Positions 26,381 through 36,441 of a DNA stretch of 64,000 nt are shown here, in pieces. The translations under genes and the position numbers were made by a program. Origin of the DNA: Candidatus Nomurabacteria bacterium GW2011_GWD2_36_14. GTDB taxonomy: Bacteria > Patescibacteriota > Minisyncoccia > Phycocordibacterales > UBA9973. Under the pieces are notes generated by a model that was not told where the DNA came from, ran no database searches, and saw only the letters and a list, made by a program, of their open reading frames with translations. The stretch is from contig LBRL01000001.1 of NCBI GenBank assembly GCA_000991405.1, positions 379,200 to 443,199 on the forward strand. Direction: 5' to 3'. The stretch's first letter is position 1. Every line of letters begins with the position of its first letter.

Positions 26381-27472
26381 TTAAAATATTTTAACTGATG
26401 CCATAATTTTATCAAGATCTAACAGTTCTGAATCAAGGAATTTATCCACATCAGTAGGAAATGTATAAGTAGATGGTCTTTCGTTATTTCCTAGACCAGA
26501 AAGCCTTTCTTCTATTATGTAACATTTATCTGTTGATTCGTAAAAATATTTTCTCCATTTAGATATTGAACTCATCCCACTCGTTTCTCCCCAATCAGGA
26601 TCTACAAACATATAAGAGGTTCCATTTATTACCCTTTTTTGTGTTGGTGAAGTTGGTAAGTAATCACTACAACTACTTTTACGAATAGTAAAATTTATTC
26701 CTTTTGAAGTCCAAGCATCATAATGGGTTTTAAAAGGAAGACTAACTGTTATTACAGATCCTTGAGTTAAATCAGTCCTACCTAATTGCTTTTCTGTAAT
26801 ATTTGCTGTTGATGGATAATCAAACTCAATTCCATATTCTTTATTAGTGTATGTCTTCAGATTTGAAGTAGAAGTTGCAGAATTTATTGTAAAATAATTA
26901 TCTGAATCATCGTTATACACAGCCCATTGAGGTTGTCTTCCTTCTGGCATAGGACCAGTGTATTTTTCTGTAAATACATAGTTTAAACGAATTTTAAATT
27001 TATTACCTAAAATAAACTTTTGCATATCTTTTTGCTCAGTAAGATAAATAGTCTCAATCCCATCATTAGGTGTTTGCTGTATAGCAACATTGTCAGCTAC
27101 TGTAAGTGGGTTTGATTTTAATTCATTTAATATATCTATTCCTATATCAACACCCGCTGGTATATTACAGCTCTTCCATTTTACATCCACTTTCTGATTA
27201 AGAACGTATGACTCTCCCCCATTTGGAGAAACAAGAATAATCCAAGGGGTTGTATCTTTTTCACAAACAGCAGACCCTCTTGATGGAACTTGTTCTTTGT
27301 TACCAATATCTCCATCACTACTATTTGATAAAGTATTACCATCTATAATTACACCTGTATTCCACTTATCGGTACTCTTCCCTACATAATACGCTCCTCC
27401 ACCAACGACCACTATACCCAAAACAATTGCCAATACTAGACCAATACCTATAATGCCTTTGTTTGTTTTCAT
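26381..27472 (-). CDS. Membrane-anchored extracytoplasmic hypothetical protein
   Basis: 363 aa with an N-terminal TM (IIGIGLVLAIVLGIVVVGGGAYYV). No known motifs. Confidence 0.45.
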   Translation of the reverse strand: MKTNKGIIGIGLVLAIVLGIVVVGGGAYYVGKSTDKWNTGVIIDGNTLSNSSDGDIGNKEQVPSRGSAVCEKDTTPWIILVSPNGGESYVLNQKVDVKWKSCNIPAGVDIGIDILNELKSNPLTVADNVAIQQTPNDGIETIYLTEQKDMQKFILGNKFKIRLNYVFTEKYTGPMPEGRQPQWAVYNDDSDNYFTINSATSTSNLKTYTNKEYGIEFDYPSTANITEKQLGRTDLTQGSVITVSLPFKTHYDAWTSKGINFTIRKSSCSDYLPTSPTQKRVINGTSYMFVDPDWGETSGMSSISKWRKYFYESTDKCYIIEERLSGLGNNERPSTYTFPTDVDKFLDSELLDLDKIMASVKIF

Positions 27473-27538
27473 TTGTTTTTAATTAGATTGTTAATAAATA
27501 ACTATTAATATTATATACTTCTACTTTTGAAAGTACAA

Positions 27539-27579
27539 ACCAAAATCTCCGCTAGGCCTTGCCTAGCGGAGATTTTGGT
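27539..27579. repeat. REP-like hairpin element / terminator (ACCAAAATCTCCGCTAGG-CCTTG-CCTAGCGGAGATTTTGGT)
   Basis: Perfect 18-bp stem. It is the same core as the 11902..11938 hairpin. Confidence 0.6.
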
Positions 27580-27586
27580 AATACAT

Positions 27587-28009
27587 TTATCTATTTGTAA
27601 ATTGACCTTGGCCCATCATTCCCATACCTCTAGCTCCTCTCTGTCCTCCTTTCATCATTGCTACTCTGTTCCTTACTCCATCTGGTGTTCTTAAACCCAG
27701 CTCTTTTCTTATAATATTTGCTTCTTTGATTTTGCCTTCTTTTGCTAGTCTCCATGCTTCAGCAAACTTTGGAAAATTCTCTCTTGTGATTAACTCATCG
27801 ACTCTACCCACTTTATTCTCTACAAGATTTCTCCAGCCATCATAATCGTTGTTCAGCATAACCCTAGTCATCTCTGATTCAAATTCTTGGCTATAATTTG
27901 GCCCTTTTTTTGTATAATCTCCTTGATAAGCAAAAGTTGCACTCGATACTCCTAAGCCCAACGTTAATGCGAGTAATCCACTCATTATTAATTTATTTCT
28001 ATTTTTCAT
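27587..28009 (-). CDS. Small secreted protein with a Gly/Met-rich C-terminus (possible periplasmic stress/metal-binding protein)
   Basis: Signal peptide and a C-terminal MMKGGQRGARGMGMMGQGQ. Any Spy/ZraP-like resemblance is weak. Confidence 0.4.
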   Translation of the reverse strand: MKNRNKLIMSGLLALTLGLGVSSATFAYQGDYTKKGPNYSQEFESEMTRVMLNNDYDGWRNLVENKVGRVDELITRENFPKFAEAWRLAKEGKIKEANIIRKELGLRTPDGVRNRVAMMKGGQRGARGMGMMGQGQFTNR

Positions 28010-28114
28010 AATTATAAGTATTATTTTGTTTTACACTACAAAATATATTGTTAGATTTTTAATCCATAAGTAATCGTCATTACTTACACTTATAATACGC
28101 AAGGTTTTAGTATT

Positions 28115-28846
28115 TTATCTCATCATACCTCTTCGCATTCCTATCCAAGGTCTTATCTCGTCTGCAATACAAATAGTCTCCATACATTTACCTATAATTT
28201 TTATTCTTTCACCTATTTCTATCTCTACCCTTCCTCGAAGGTACACATCTTGCATATTTATAATCCAAATAAAACCATCAGAATCAATAACTTCTACCTC
28301 ATTGTCCATAACACGTATGATTCTACCAGAAAGGAATCCAGCTTCCGGATGAGACCAAACTTCATATCTATTGAGCATAACATGACGATAAATGGGCGCT
28401 TCGTTCTCTAAAGACTGCTCTATCAACCTACCTGTTCCAATTAGATAAAATAAAGAACCGAAAACAGTTGTAGATACCAAATAAACTCCCATGATTAAAA
28501 TAAAGCCACGTCTATGCCCCAAATATGTTTTTCTATAATAATATTCTCCTAAAACAGTAAAAACAGCCAAAGAAATTAACCAAAAATAAGGTAGGGTTCT
28601 AAAAATAAAACTAAATCCAATTTTATTATACAAATCCCAATCATTATTAAATAAAGCAGACAATACAAGTGAGAAAGTAATAGCTCCAATTATAAATGAA
28701 CTGGCAACTAAAACCCAGAAAAGTACTCGCTTGATACTAAAAATATTCCGTGAAATTGGTTTAATCCCCTCATCCTTTATTCTTTCTATTGCTATTTGAC
28801 TTATATTTCTATTTTCCATAATATTTTTTAATAATGTTTTATTCAC
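28115..28846 (-). CDS. Membrane protein, putative anti-sigma factor
   Basis: 243 aa with multiple TM segments, directly downstream of an ECF sigma gene. Confidence 0.4.
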   Translation of the reverse strand: MNKTLLKNIMENRNISQIAIERIKDEGIKPISRNIFSIKRVLFWVLVASSFIIGAITFSLVLSALFNNDWDLYNKIGFSFIFRTLPYFWLISLAVFTVLGEYYYRKTYLGHRRGFILIMGVYLVSTTVFGSLFYLIGTGRLIEQSLENEAPIYRHVMLNRYEVWSHPEAGFLSGRIIRVMDNEVEVIDSDGFIWIINMQDVYLRGRVEIEIGERIKIIGKCMETICIADEIRPWIGMRRGMMR

Positions 28847-28854
28847 TATGACGA

Positions 28855-29433
28855 CTATACACTGACTCCTATTAATTTTTCATATTCATATTTAAAAAGC
28901 TTTTTACCTCTTAATATCAAGTTCCCTACTGTACTTACTGGTTTCTTTAGAATATCGGATATCTCCACATAATCCTTCTCGTCTAGGAATCGCAAGACCA
29001 ATACTTCCCTATACTTTTCGTCTAAATTTGAAAGAGCTATATCTATCGCTTTCCTATCTATAGAATTATCTACATCTTTAACCATATCAAAAACATCTCC
29101 AAATTTCTCCAAGTCTCCCTCTTCTAGATAGAGAGTTGGTCTAGCAACTTTCTTTCTTATAGCACTTACTGCTTCATTGTGAGCTATGCGATATATCCAA
29201 GAAGAAAATTTAAGACTAGGATCAAAACCATTCAAATTGTAATAAGTTTTAATAAAGACCTCCTGAAGAACATCTTCGGAGTCTTCTCGACTAAATTTTG
29301 AAATATGTGTGATGTACCGCAATAACTTTTCTTCATATCTTTTCGATAAGCAAAAAAAGTAATCAGAATCTTTCAGGGACAATCCGACTAGTTCTTCATC
29401 TGTTTTACTTTCACAAGATCGCGTATCTATCAT
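28855..29433 (-). CDS. ECF-type sigma-70 family sigma factor
   Basis: Region 2 (VFIKTYYNLNGFDPSLKFSSWIYRIAHNEAVSAIRKK) and region 4 (YREVLVLRFLDEKDYVEISDILKKPVSTVGNLILRGKK). Confidence 0.75.
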   Translation of the reverse strand: MIDTRSCESKTDEELVGLSLKDSDYFFCLSKRYEEKLLRYITHISKFSREDSEDVLQEVFIKTYYNLNGFDPSLKFSSWIYRIAHNEAVSAIRKKVARPTLYLEEGDLEKFGDVFDMVKDVDNSIDRKAIDIALSNLDEKYREVLVLRFLDEKDYVEISDILKKPVSTVGNLILRGKKLFKYEYEKLIGVSV

Positions 29434-29482
29434 ATGATATATTGTACCCTTAATACGCAGAATATATCAATATTATCTCAAA

Positions 29483-29511
29483 AGAGGGGCAGACCTACGG
29501 TCTGCCCCTCT
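29483..29511 (-). terminator. Terminator hairpin AGAGGGGCAGACC-TAC-GGTCTGCCCCTCT
   Basis: Perfect 13-bp stem downstream of the 29532..30308 gene, with a U-run on the minus strand. Confidence 0.55.
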
Positions 29512-29531
29512 CGTTTATTAGTAAAAATCTT

Positions 29532-30308
29532 TTATTTAACTTCTTCTTTTGGAGTCTCTACAACCTCTGGAACTACTGGGTTCACAACAGTAGCAACTGG
29601 AGTTGGTCCTACAACACTAGACTTCACAAGCTCACGATAGAGCATGACTATCACTATCATAGCGATAGGATAAGTCACGACAATTCCAATAAATAATGCG
29701 AAAATACCAACAACAGCAAATAGACCTATTACAAAAGTCTTCCAGAAAATATACCATCCGTAACCTTTTGTAATCTCCCATGCTCCTTTTATACTCATTA
29801 CTGCCCCTTGACCCTTATCAATAGACATATATATTGAAGGAAAAAGACGACTAGCAATATACATACCAGGGATAATCAATATGGCGATAACTGGAATTAA
29901 ATATGGAAGGAAAACTACTCCCAGCAATAAAGATGGAAGAATAGAGATTGCTATAACTATAAACATAGGAATTATGATTATAGGAAGGATACACAATATA
30001 AGTAGTAAGTACGTCTTAAAAAAATTCCAAAACAAAGGCCAAGTAGGAAGTACTTCTCTTGAAAACGGATGAAATCCTTTACTGTCCAAAAGATTCAAAT
30101 TAGCTTTAATCCCTAGATACAAAAAGAAAGTATTGATAATAAAAAATACTAACGAAACAAAAGCGTTACCATCCTTTCCTGAGAGAACACTGCTAATCGT
30201 TTGAATGATAGCTAAAACTATAACAAACAAAATTATATTCCCAAAATTCTCTTTATAAAGAGGCCATGCCTCCTTAATCTTTGCACCAACTTTAAATGTG
30301 AATGGCAT
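29532..30308 (-). CDS. Polytopic membrane protein, unknown function
   Basis: 258 aa with about 6 TM segments and a Pro/Val-rich C-terminal tail. Confidence 0.45.
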   Translation of the reverse strand: MPFTFKVGAKIKEAWPLYKENFGNIILFVIVLAIIQTISSVLSGKDGNAFVSLVFFIINTFFLYLGIKANLNLLDSKGFHPFSREVLPTWPLFWNFFKTYLLLILCILPIIIIPMFIVIAISILPSLLLGVVFLPYLIPVIAILIIPGMYIASRLFPSIYMSIDKGQGAVMSIKGAWEITKGYGWYIFWKTFVIGLFAVVGIFALFIGIVVTYPIAMIVIVMLYRELVKSSVVGPTPVATVVNPVVPEVVETPKEEVK

Positions 30309-30369
30309 AAATTTAATATAAATTATTAATATATTAATTATACCACTTTAATATGGTATAATCTACCTT

Positions 30370-31377
30370 ATGTCGCACAAAATAGAGGGTAGCAAGTCAG
30401 TAACCGCAGCACTTTTCGGGAATGTCTTTGTGACTATTATTAAGACTATTGTAGCCGTCACTTCTGGCTCTGCCAGTATGTTTGCCGAAAGTGTACACAG
30501 TTTCGCTGATACTCTCAACCAATCTTTGTTGCTTGTAGGACTCAAAAGGTCAAAGAGGCCAGCCGACCTCTCTCGTGGATATGGATACGGTATCGAAAGA
30601 TTCTTCTGGTCTCTCATATCTGCTTGTGGAATTCTATTCATAGGAGCTGGGGTCACTATATACCATTCTATTGATTCTATCCTGAAAAATGAAGGGGGTG
30701 TAACTCATGATTTTAATTATTTTACTATTATTGTACTTTGTATCGCATTCTTTGTAGAAGGAGCAACCTTGATAATTGCAATTAGAGAGCTCAAGAAAAA
30801 GCAAAAATTTTCGAAGAAAATTTTTGCTGATGCTGATCCTGTAACCCTAGCTGTCGTCTACGAAGACAGTGCCGCGGTACTTGGTGTGGTAGTTGCCCTC
30901 GTAGCTCAATTCTTGATGCATTTTACAGGGAACAATATATATGACTCCATCGGGGGAATCGTCGTCGGATTCATCCTTGGATTCTTGGCAATCATATTGA
31001 TTATTAAAAATCATCAATACATTATAGGTAAATCCTTGGATCAAGAAAGAACAGATGAAGTTATAGAATTTCTATTAAAAGATCCTTGTATTGAAAATAT
31101 TTCTGAATTCAAATCTGTAGCTATAGATGTAAATAAATATAAAATATATACGACAGTGGAGTGGAATGGCTCTCCCCTCTATGAAGAGATCTATGAAGCA
31201 GGAGATCTAAAAGAAGAGTTCGATAATATCAAAGATGATTTCAAAGAATTTACAAAGTTAATGTTCAAAACAACCGACAGAATTCCTAGACTCATAGGTA
31301 GCCACATAGACGAGATAGAGAAAAGAATCCGTGAAGAATTCCCGGAAATTATATATGTGGATATAGAGATTAACTAA
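30370..31377 (+). CDS. Cation diffusion facilitator (CDF) family metal efflux transporter
   Basis: TM region with SMFAESVHSFADTLNQ (TM2 metal site) and a C-terminal cytoplasmic domain. The annotated start may be slightly downstream. Confidence 0.8.
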   Translation: MSHKIEGSKSVTAALFGNVFVTIIKTIVAVTSGSASMFAESVHSFADTLNQSLLLVGLKRSKRPADLSRGYGYGIERFFWSLISACGILFIGAGVTIYHSIDSILKNEGGVTHDFNYFTIIVLCIAFFVEGATLIIAIRELKKKQKFSKKIFADADPVTLAVVYEDSAAVLGVVVALVAQFLMHFTGNNIYDSIGGIVVGFILGFLAIILIIKNHQYIIGKSLDQERTDEVIEFLLKDPCIENISEFKSVAIDVNKYKIYTTVEWNGSPLYEEIYEAGDLKEEFDNIKDDFKEFTKLMFKTTDRIPRLIGSHIDEIEKRIREEFPEIIYVDIEIN

Positions 31378-31382
31378 CAGAA

Positions 31383-32384
31383 TTAATCTCTTTTATTCTT
31401 TCGTTCCTCTTTATGCTTTATACCATTCTTGAAAAGAATATTGGCTTCTTTGATAGAACTCTCAGAGTCTAGAAGCGAAGAGTAAGCTTCCTTCCAATCA
31501 CCCTCTTTATCTTTCATGGTCGAATCCTCTAGATATTCCCTGGCCTTATCTATAGTTTTATGAGTATCATCCTCTGTGGATATTTCTATCTTATTTTCAT
31601 TTTGATTAGTATATTTGACCTTCTCGTCTGTGTTCTCAATCAGGGACTTGACCTCTTCTTTTTTAGAATTATATTTTACTATATTTTCTTTGTTTATTTT
31701 ATTTGATATTTTCTTTATCTTTTCTGCATTTACCTTGGCTGTATTTGAAATTTTATTGTCTTCCTTCTCTACTTCATTATCATTACTCTTTTTCTGCTTC
31801 TGTTTCTCCTTAATAACTGCTAGAACCTTGGCATGAGCATTCATCTCTGCACGGAAGCTAGTACTTATATCTTCTATAGTTTCTGTTGCATTAGTATCAT
31901 CAACTTTTTCTAAAGCTTTATTCAAGGATATAGTATGCAGAGTCAGAAGATTATTTATCTTTTCTTCATTGGAAGAATTTAATTTACCAGCTTTTGCCAA
32001 AGTTTCGGCTTCAATCAAGCGCTTAGTAGCAAGGCCACTTTCATGTTTGGCTTTTGCTGTATTTGAAAAAGCTAAAGCTCCTTCCATAGGTTCTAGAACC
32101 TTCACCTTGATAGGATAAAGTATATTGTCTGGCAAGCTATCCTGCGAAGCAAAGACCACTCCCCCACTAGAAAGTATAATGATAAGCGGTATAACTATGT
32201 AGTATACCAACCTATTGCTTTGAAGCATTGCTACAAAAGAGAAAGTTACCCAAGGGCTTTTAATAGGTTTTGAATTACTAGTAGAAGCTTTCAAGATATT
32301 GTCAAAGACGCGCGCTTTCTCACTGTCGGTCATGACAATACTTCTAATCTCATTTATTCCATTTTTTAATTTATTATTTTCCAT
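31383..32384 (-). CDS. Anti-sigma factor-like membrane protein with a DUF5667-like extracytoplasmic domain and a K/E-rich tail
   Basis: N-terminal cytoplasmic segment, a TM, an LYPIKVKVLEP...KRLIEAE domain, and a lysine-rich low-complexity tail. Directly downstream of an ECF sigma gene. Confidence 0.4.
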   Translation of the reverse strand: MENNKLKNGINEIRSIVMTDSEKARVFDNILKASTSNSKPIKSPWVTFSFVAMLQSNRLVYYIVIPLIIILSSGGVVFASQDSLPDNILYPIKVKVLEPMEGALAFSNTAKAKHESGLATKRLIEAETLAKAGKLNSSNEEKINNLLTLHTISLNKALEKVDDTNATETIEDISTSFRAEMNAHAKVLAVIKEKQKQKKSNDNEVEKEDNKISNTAKVNAEKIKKISNKINKENIVKYNSKKEEVKSLIENTDEKVKYTNQNENKIEISTEDDTHKTIDKAREYLEDSTMKDKEGDWKEAYSSLLDSESSIKEANILFKNGIKHKEERKNKRD

Positions 32385-32925
32385 AACCTGCTATTTTTCT
32401 TAATTCTATAATTCCTCTATTAATCCTGACTGATACTGCATTGGCTGATATATTCAAAATCTTTCCTATCTCTCCCGGCGATAAGTCTTCGATGAATCGC
32501 AGGTACAGTGGATCTCTATAGGAAGGCTCAAGATCATTTATCTTCTCTAGTAAGTACCTACCCTCTATGCCGATCGTCAATTTATCATCTACCGTTTTTT
32601 CGTCTACTATATCATATGTGCTATCTTCCCTTTCCGACATCATACTGTCTAACGACAAACTCTTCTTCTTCCGATACCAGTCTATGATAAGACGACGTGC
32701 AACAGTAAACAAGAAGGCTTTATTATTCAAAATTTCTTTATCTGAAAGCAGGCTTTGCCATAAACGCAAGAAGGTCTCTTGTGTGATATCTAAAGCTTGT
32801 TCACGCGAAGAAACGCGAAGCAAACAGAATCGGAATATTGCATCCGATTCACTTTTATATATTGCTTCAAATGTACTCTTGGTATTTTTGTTGTTTACCT
32901 TCATATATGTAGACGTATCTCTCAT
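32374..32925 (-). CDS. ECF-type sigma-70 family sigma factor
   Basis: Region 2 (TFLRLWQSL...AFLFTVARRLIIDWYRKKK) and region 4 (YRDPLYLRFIEDLSPGEIGKILNISANAVSVRINRG). Confidence 0.75.
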   Translation of the reverse strand: MRDTSTYMKVNNKNTKSTFEAIYKSESDAIFRFCLLRVSSREQALDITQETFLRLWQSLLSDKEILNNKAFLFTVARRLIIDWYRKKKSLSLDSMMSEREDSTYDIVDEKTVDDKLTIGIEGRYLLEKINDLEPSYRDPLYLRFIEDLSPGEIGKILNISANAVSVRINRGIIELRKIAGYGK

Positions 32926-33147
32926 GTATTTCTTACATTGTCTATATACTTAAAGTACAACAAAAACAAATAAATGTCTATGTAAGGAAAGTGTATGCTC
33001 CCTCGTCTACTCTATTGTGAGGTCGTAATTAAGTGGAATATGAATCCACCAAAACTTTCTCACAAATAAAATTATAAATAATATATTCTGTTTAATCACA
33101 TATTATTTCTTGAAAATAAACATGAGTTAAATGGAAAGTTTAGGCGG

Positions 33148-34323
33148 ATGAAAAATTATAAATCGTTAATCACTAGTTCTCTTCTCTTGGCTCTTATCAT
33201 AGCTACTCCTATTGCAAGTTTTGCAGAGGGTAACGATAAAGACAAGGAGGACCGCAACGAAAAGAAGTTTAAAATCGAACAAGTTCAAAAAGATAAAGAA
33301 GATGACGAAGACAAGAAAGAAAGAGGTAATTCTTTCAATCGTGGCTTTGCCAATTGGTTTAATAAAAGAATCAATGCGAAAGCAAACGTAGAGGTCAACT
33401 TGGCACCTTCTATAGAAGGAATCACGGCACCAACCGTCCTTAAGGTTGGAGAAGTAGGCACTTGGATAGTTAAAGCATCAGATCCAAAGAATACGTCACT
33501 TAGTTATGCAGTTGATTGGGGAGACAATAATATCGTTTCTAAATCATTGTCATTACTATCACAGCAAGTATTTGTTCAAACAGGAACATTCACCCATACT
33601 TACGCAGACAAAGGTGAGTATAGAGTAATGTTTACTGTAAGTAACGAAGCTGGATTGAAAACAGTATCTTCAGTCACAGTACACGTAAGAGATACAGAGG
33701 ATGTAGTGGCTCCTGTTATAAGTAACCTTAATGTAACAAATGTTAAAAGTCATAAGGCTACTATAAACTGGACAACAGATACAAAGTCCAACACAATGGT
33801 GTGGATTAGCAAGACTTCCCCTGTTGATACAAATCTAGCCAAGTATTCAAGAAAGGCTTTAGTCTTAAACCACAAAATGGAATTAAAGAAACTCGAAGCA
33901 AATACAAAATACTATGTCGTTGTCGGATCAAAGAATAAAGCTGGAATAACCAAGTCTGCTGAGATGTCATTCACAACTTTAGTATCTAATCCAGATATTA
34001 CTCCTACACCTACTCCTACACCTACCCCAGATACAACTGCTCCAGTAATAAGTGCAATCACAACAAACGTTACAGGTATAAATGCTGTGGTCTCATGGAC
34101 AACCAATGAGCCTGCAACATCCAATGTATTCTACTCTACAGGTACACCCGTAGATACAAATGCAATACTTACACCAAAAGTAACAGATGGAGCACTTACG
34201 ACAAGTCATTCACTCAGTATTCCAAGTTTAACATCAAGCACTCTCTATCACTTTGTTATAAAGTCTCTTGATGCATCAAACAATGTAGTATTATCTAGTG
34301 AATCTACATTTGCAACTAACTAG
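33148..34323 (+). CDS. Secreted protein with tandem Fn3/PKD-like beta-sandwich domains and a (TP)5 linker
   Basis: Signal peptide and a repeated APVIS...VTN...INWTT...VDTN module with a TPTPTPTPTP linker. Confidence 0.55.
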   Translation: MKNYKSLITSSLLLALIIATPIASFAEGNDKDKEDRNEKKFKIEQVQKDKEDDEDKKERGNSFNRGFANWFNKRINAKANVEVNLAPSIEGITAPTVLKVGEVGTWIVKASDPKNTSLSYAVDWGDNNIVSKSLSLLSQQVFVQTGTFTHTYADKGEYRVMFTVSNEAGLKTVSSVTVHVRDTEDVVAPVISNLNVTNVKSHKATINWTTDTKSNTMVWISKTSPVDTNLAKYSRKALVLNHKMELKKLEANTKYYVVVGSKNKAGITKSAEMSFTTLVSNPDITPTPTPTPTPDTTAPVISAITTNVTGINAVVSWTTNEPATSNVFYSTGTPVDTNAILTPKVTDGALTTSHSLSIPSLTSSTLYHFVIKSLDASNNVVLSSESTFATN

Positions 34324-34358
34324 AGTTATTAGAAGCGAAATCATATAACATAGCCGAT

Positions 34359-34389
34359 AAAAAAACTACACGTTATGTGTAGTTTTTTT
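34359..34389 (+). terminator. Intrinsic terminator AAAAAAACTACAC-GTTAT-GTGTAGTTTTTTT
   Basis: Perfect stem with a flanking T7 run, downstream of 33148..34323. Confidence 0.6.
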
Positions 34390-34555
34390 ATTTATAATTA
34401 ATCTTCAATTTCCTTACCACACCTAATAATTTTTATTACTCAACTGTAAAACAGAGAGAACTAGAATTAAAATACCCATACCAAAGAAAACAATTTACTG
34501 AAGAAGACGATTAGTCTTCCTCATCTTCTTCGCACACAATACTTTTTAATTTCTC

Positions 34556-35326
34556 TTATATCCCCGACACTCCGAACAATTTCCCTATAGCAAAAGTAAT
34601 AACCATAGCAAAGACTCCTCCTAAGACAACTCTGGTGATAGCTTTCAGCTTGCTGGCACCACCAGCATGAGCACTAAGTGTCCCTGTAATAATAAGCGCA
34701 ATAACGACAGCAATAAATGTAACCGGTATCTGCCATGTTGCCGGAGATATGAGTATAGCTAAGACTGGTATGATAGCTCCAGATAGGAAGGCGATTCCTG
34801 AGGCATAAGCAGCGTGGAACGGATTGGTAAGATCATCGGGATTGATACCAAGCTCAGCATCTACATGGGCAGCGAAAGCATCGTGGAGAGTTAGCTCTTT
34901 TGCTACTAACTCGGCGGTTTCTTTCGATAAACCTTTATTCTCATAAATTCCTGCAAGCTCCTCGAGCTCAGCTTCTGGTTCTGTCGCAAGCTCAAAACGC
35001 TCCTTCTCAAGTAAGGCCTTCTCAGTATCCTTCTGAGCACTGACTGATATATACTCTCCGACAGCCATAGAGAGTGCCCCCGCTACAAGACTAGCAATAC
35101 CCGCGGTGAGAATAATTAACCTAGAATTTGTCGCTCCAGCAACTCCGACGATAACAGAAGAAATAGAGACTATGCCATCATTGGCACCTAAAACAGCCGC
35201 CCGAAGCCAGTTGAGCCTTGAGCTATCAGTGGCACTATGCAGTTCGTTATGTGTTCTAGGATTTCGTAATTTGATCATGAGATTAGTTGTCTCCTTCGTT
35301 ATTATTTTCATCTTCGTTATCTTCAA
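34556..35326 (-). CDS. VIT1/CCC1 family iron/manganese transporter
   Basis: WLRAAVLGANDGIVSISSVIVGVAGA, the GxNDG core motif of the VIT family, plus a C-terminal TM bundle. Confidence 0.7.
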   Translation of the reverse strand: MKITKMKIITKETTNLMIKLRNPRTHNELHSATDSSRLNWLRAAVLGANDGIVSISSVIVGVAGATNSRLIILTAGIASLVAGALSMAVGEYISVSAQKDTEKALLEKERFELATEPEAELEELAGIYENKGLSKETAELVAKELTLHDAFAAHVDAELGINPDDLTNPFHAAYASGIAFLSGAIIPVLAILISPATWQIPVTFIAVVIALIITGTLSAHAGGASKLKAITRVVLGGVFAMVITFAIGKLFGVSGI

Positions 35327-36383
35327 CGCCCCTTAAGTGTTCTTTGATTTGATTCTGTTCTTCCTTGAGGTCTTCTTGCTCTTTGTTGAGTTCTTCAATC
35401 TTTTGCTTCATTTCTTCCTTGATTTGCTTGGCTTCTTCTTTATCGGCATCTTTTAATTTATTTTCAAGTTCACTCTGAAGCATCTTCTTCTCATCATTGA
35501 GATCTTCCTTGTCTTCTAGAGTATTACTAAAATCTTCTAAATTCTTTATCAATTTCTTCAAGCTTTTCTTGGCTTCCTTGGCTAGATTCTTGGCTTCTAC
35601 ATACTTCCCTGCATCAAAGGCAGTCTTGGCTTGAGAAAGCAAGGCATCGAAGCTTTTAACTACTCCATCGGGGATTGTAATATTCCCTGCTTCTACTTCT
35701 TTCAAGAATTCCGCCTTGGCTTCTTCAGCTTCCCTTATCTTCTCTGAAGCAGATTTCTCTAGACCTAGTACTTCATCTAGGTTATCATTCTCCTCTTCTA
35801 TATTGTCATCATTATCATCTTCATACTTACCTAGAAGTTCTTCTTGTGCCTTAAGGTCAGATATTTCCTTTGTTAATGATTCAACTAAGGTTGTATCTAG
35901 GGCCAAGCGAGCTTCACTAAGCTTTACTTTCAAAGCTTCTATTTGAGCTTCTATCGCATCCTTCTCAGATTTGAATACAGACTTCAGCTCCTTGTGAGCT
36001 GGGTCAAGTTCATCTGATATTTCCTTACTAAGAGCACTTGAATCCTTGCCTTCCTTCTTCTGGTCGGTAACGATGCTTGTAGCATTTGCTAGATTCTTGC
36101 CTAGTTGCTCTTCGGCTACACTAAGACCCTTGGCATTGACTCCATTTTTCTCAAGAATTACCTTTATCTCAGCAATTCTTTCCTTGGCAAATGATATTTC
36201 TAGCTTGGCTTTACTTTCAGGACTAAAGGTAAAGAGCCTTTGTAGTGCCTCGCCTAGCTTATCGAAAAAGTAAAAAGAACTTTGAGGTGTAACACCTGCT
36301 TCAGGTAAGACTACTGAATTCTCAGCTGAGACAAGAAACGGAATAAAGATTAATGACATTAAAACGATTCTAATTATTTTCAT
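35283..36383 (-). CDS. Secreted coiled-coil protein with a DUF5667-like N-terminal domain
   Basis: Signal peptide, then SSFYFFDKLGEALQRLFTF (similar to the domain in 31383..32384), then a long E/K-rich coiled coil. Confidence 0.45.
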   Translation of the reverse strand: MKIIRIVLMSLIFIPFLVSAENSVVLPEAGVTPQSSFYFFDKLGEALQRLFTFSPESKAKLEISFAKERIAEIKVILEKNGVNAKGLSVAEEQLGKNLANATSIVTDQKKEGKDSSALSKEISDELDPAHKELKSVFKSEKDAIEAQIEALKVKLSEARLALDTTLVESLTKEISDLKAQEELLGKYEDDNDDNIEEENDNLDEVLGLEKSASEKIREAEEAKAEFLKEVEAGNITIPDGVVKSFDALLSQAKTAFDAGKYVEAKNLAKEAKKSLKKLIKNLEDFSNTLEDKEDLNDEKKMLQSELENKLKDADKEEAKQIKEEMKQKIEELNKEQEDLKEEQNQIKEHLRGVEDNEDENNNEGDN

Positions 36384-36441
36384 ACATGTTTATATATTTA
36401 TATTATTAATAATAACTTTTACTTCTTCACAATTTTATTAT

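Noticed and set aside
28066-28085. Hairpin TAAGTAAT-CGTC-ATTACTTA downstream of the 28115..28846 gene
   Set aside because: It is an 8-bp all-A/T stem, too weak to call a terminator with confidence.
33912-34124. 70-aa minus-strand ORF rich in GVGVGVGV
   Set aside because: It is the antisense reading of the (TP)5 linker-coding ACNCCNACN repeats inside the secreted Fn3-like gene. It is a spurious ORF.
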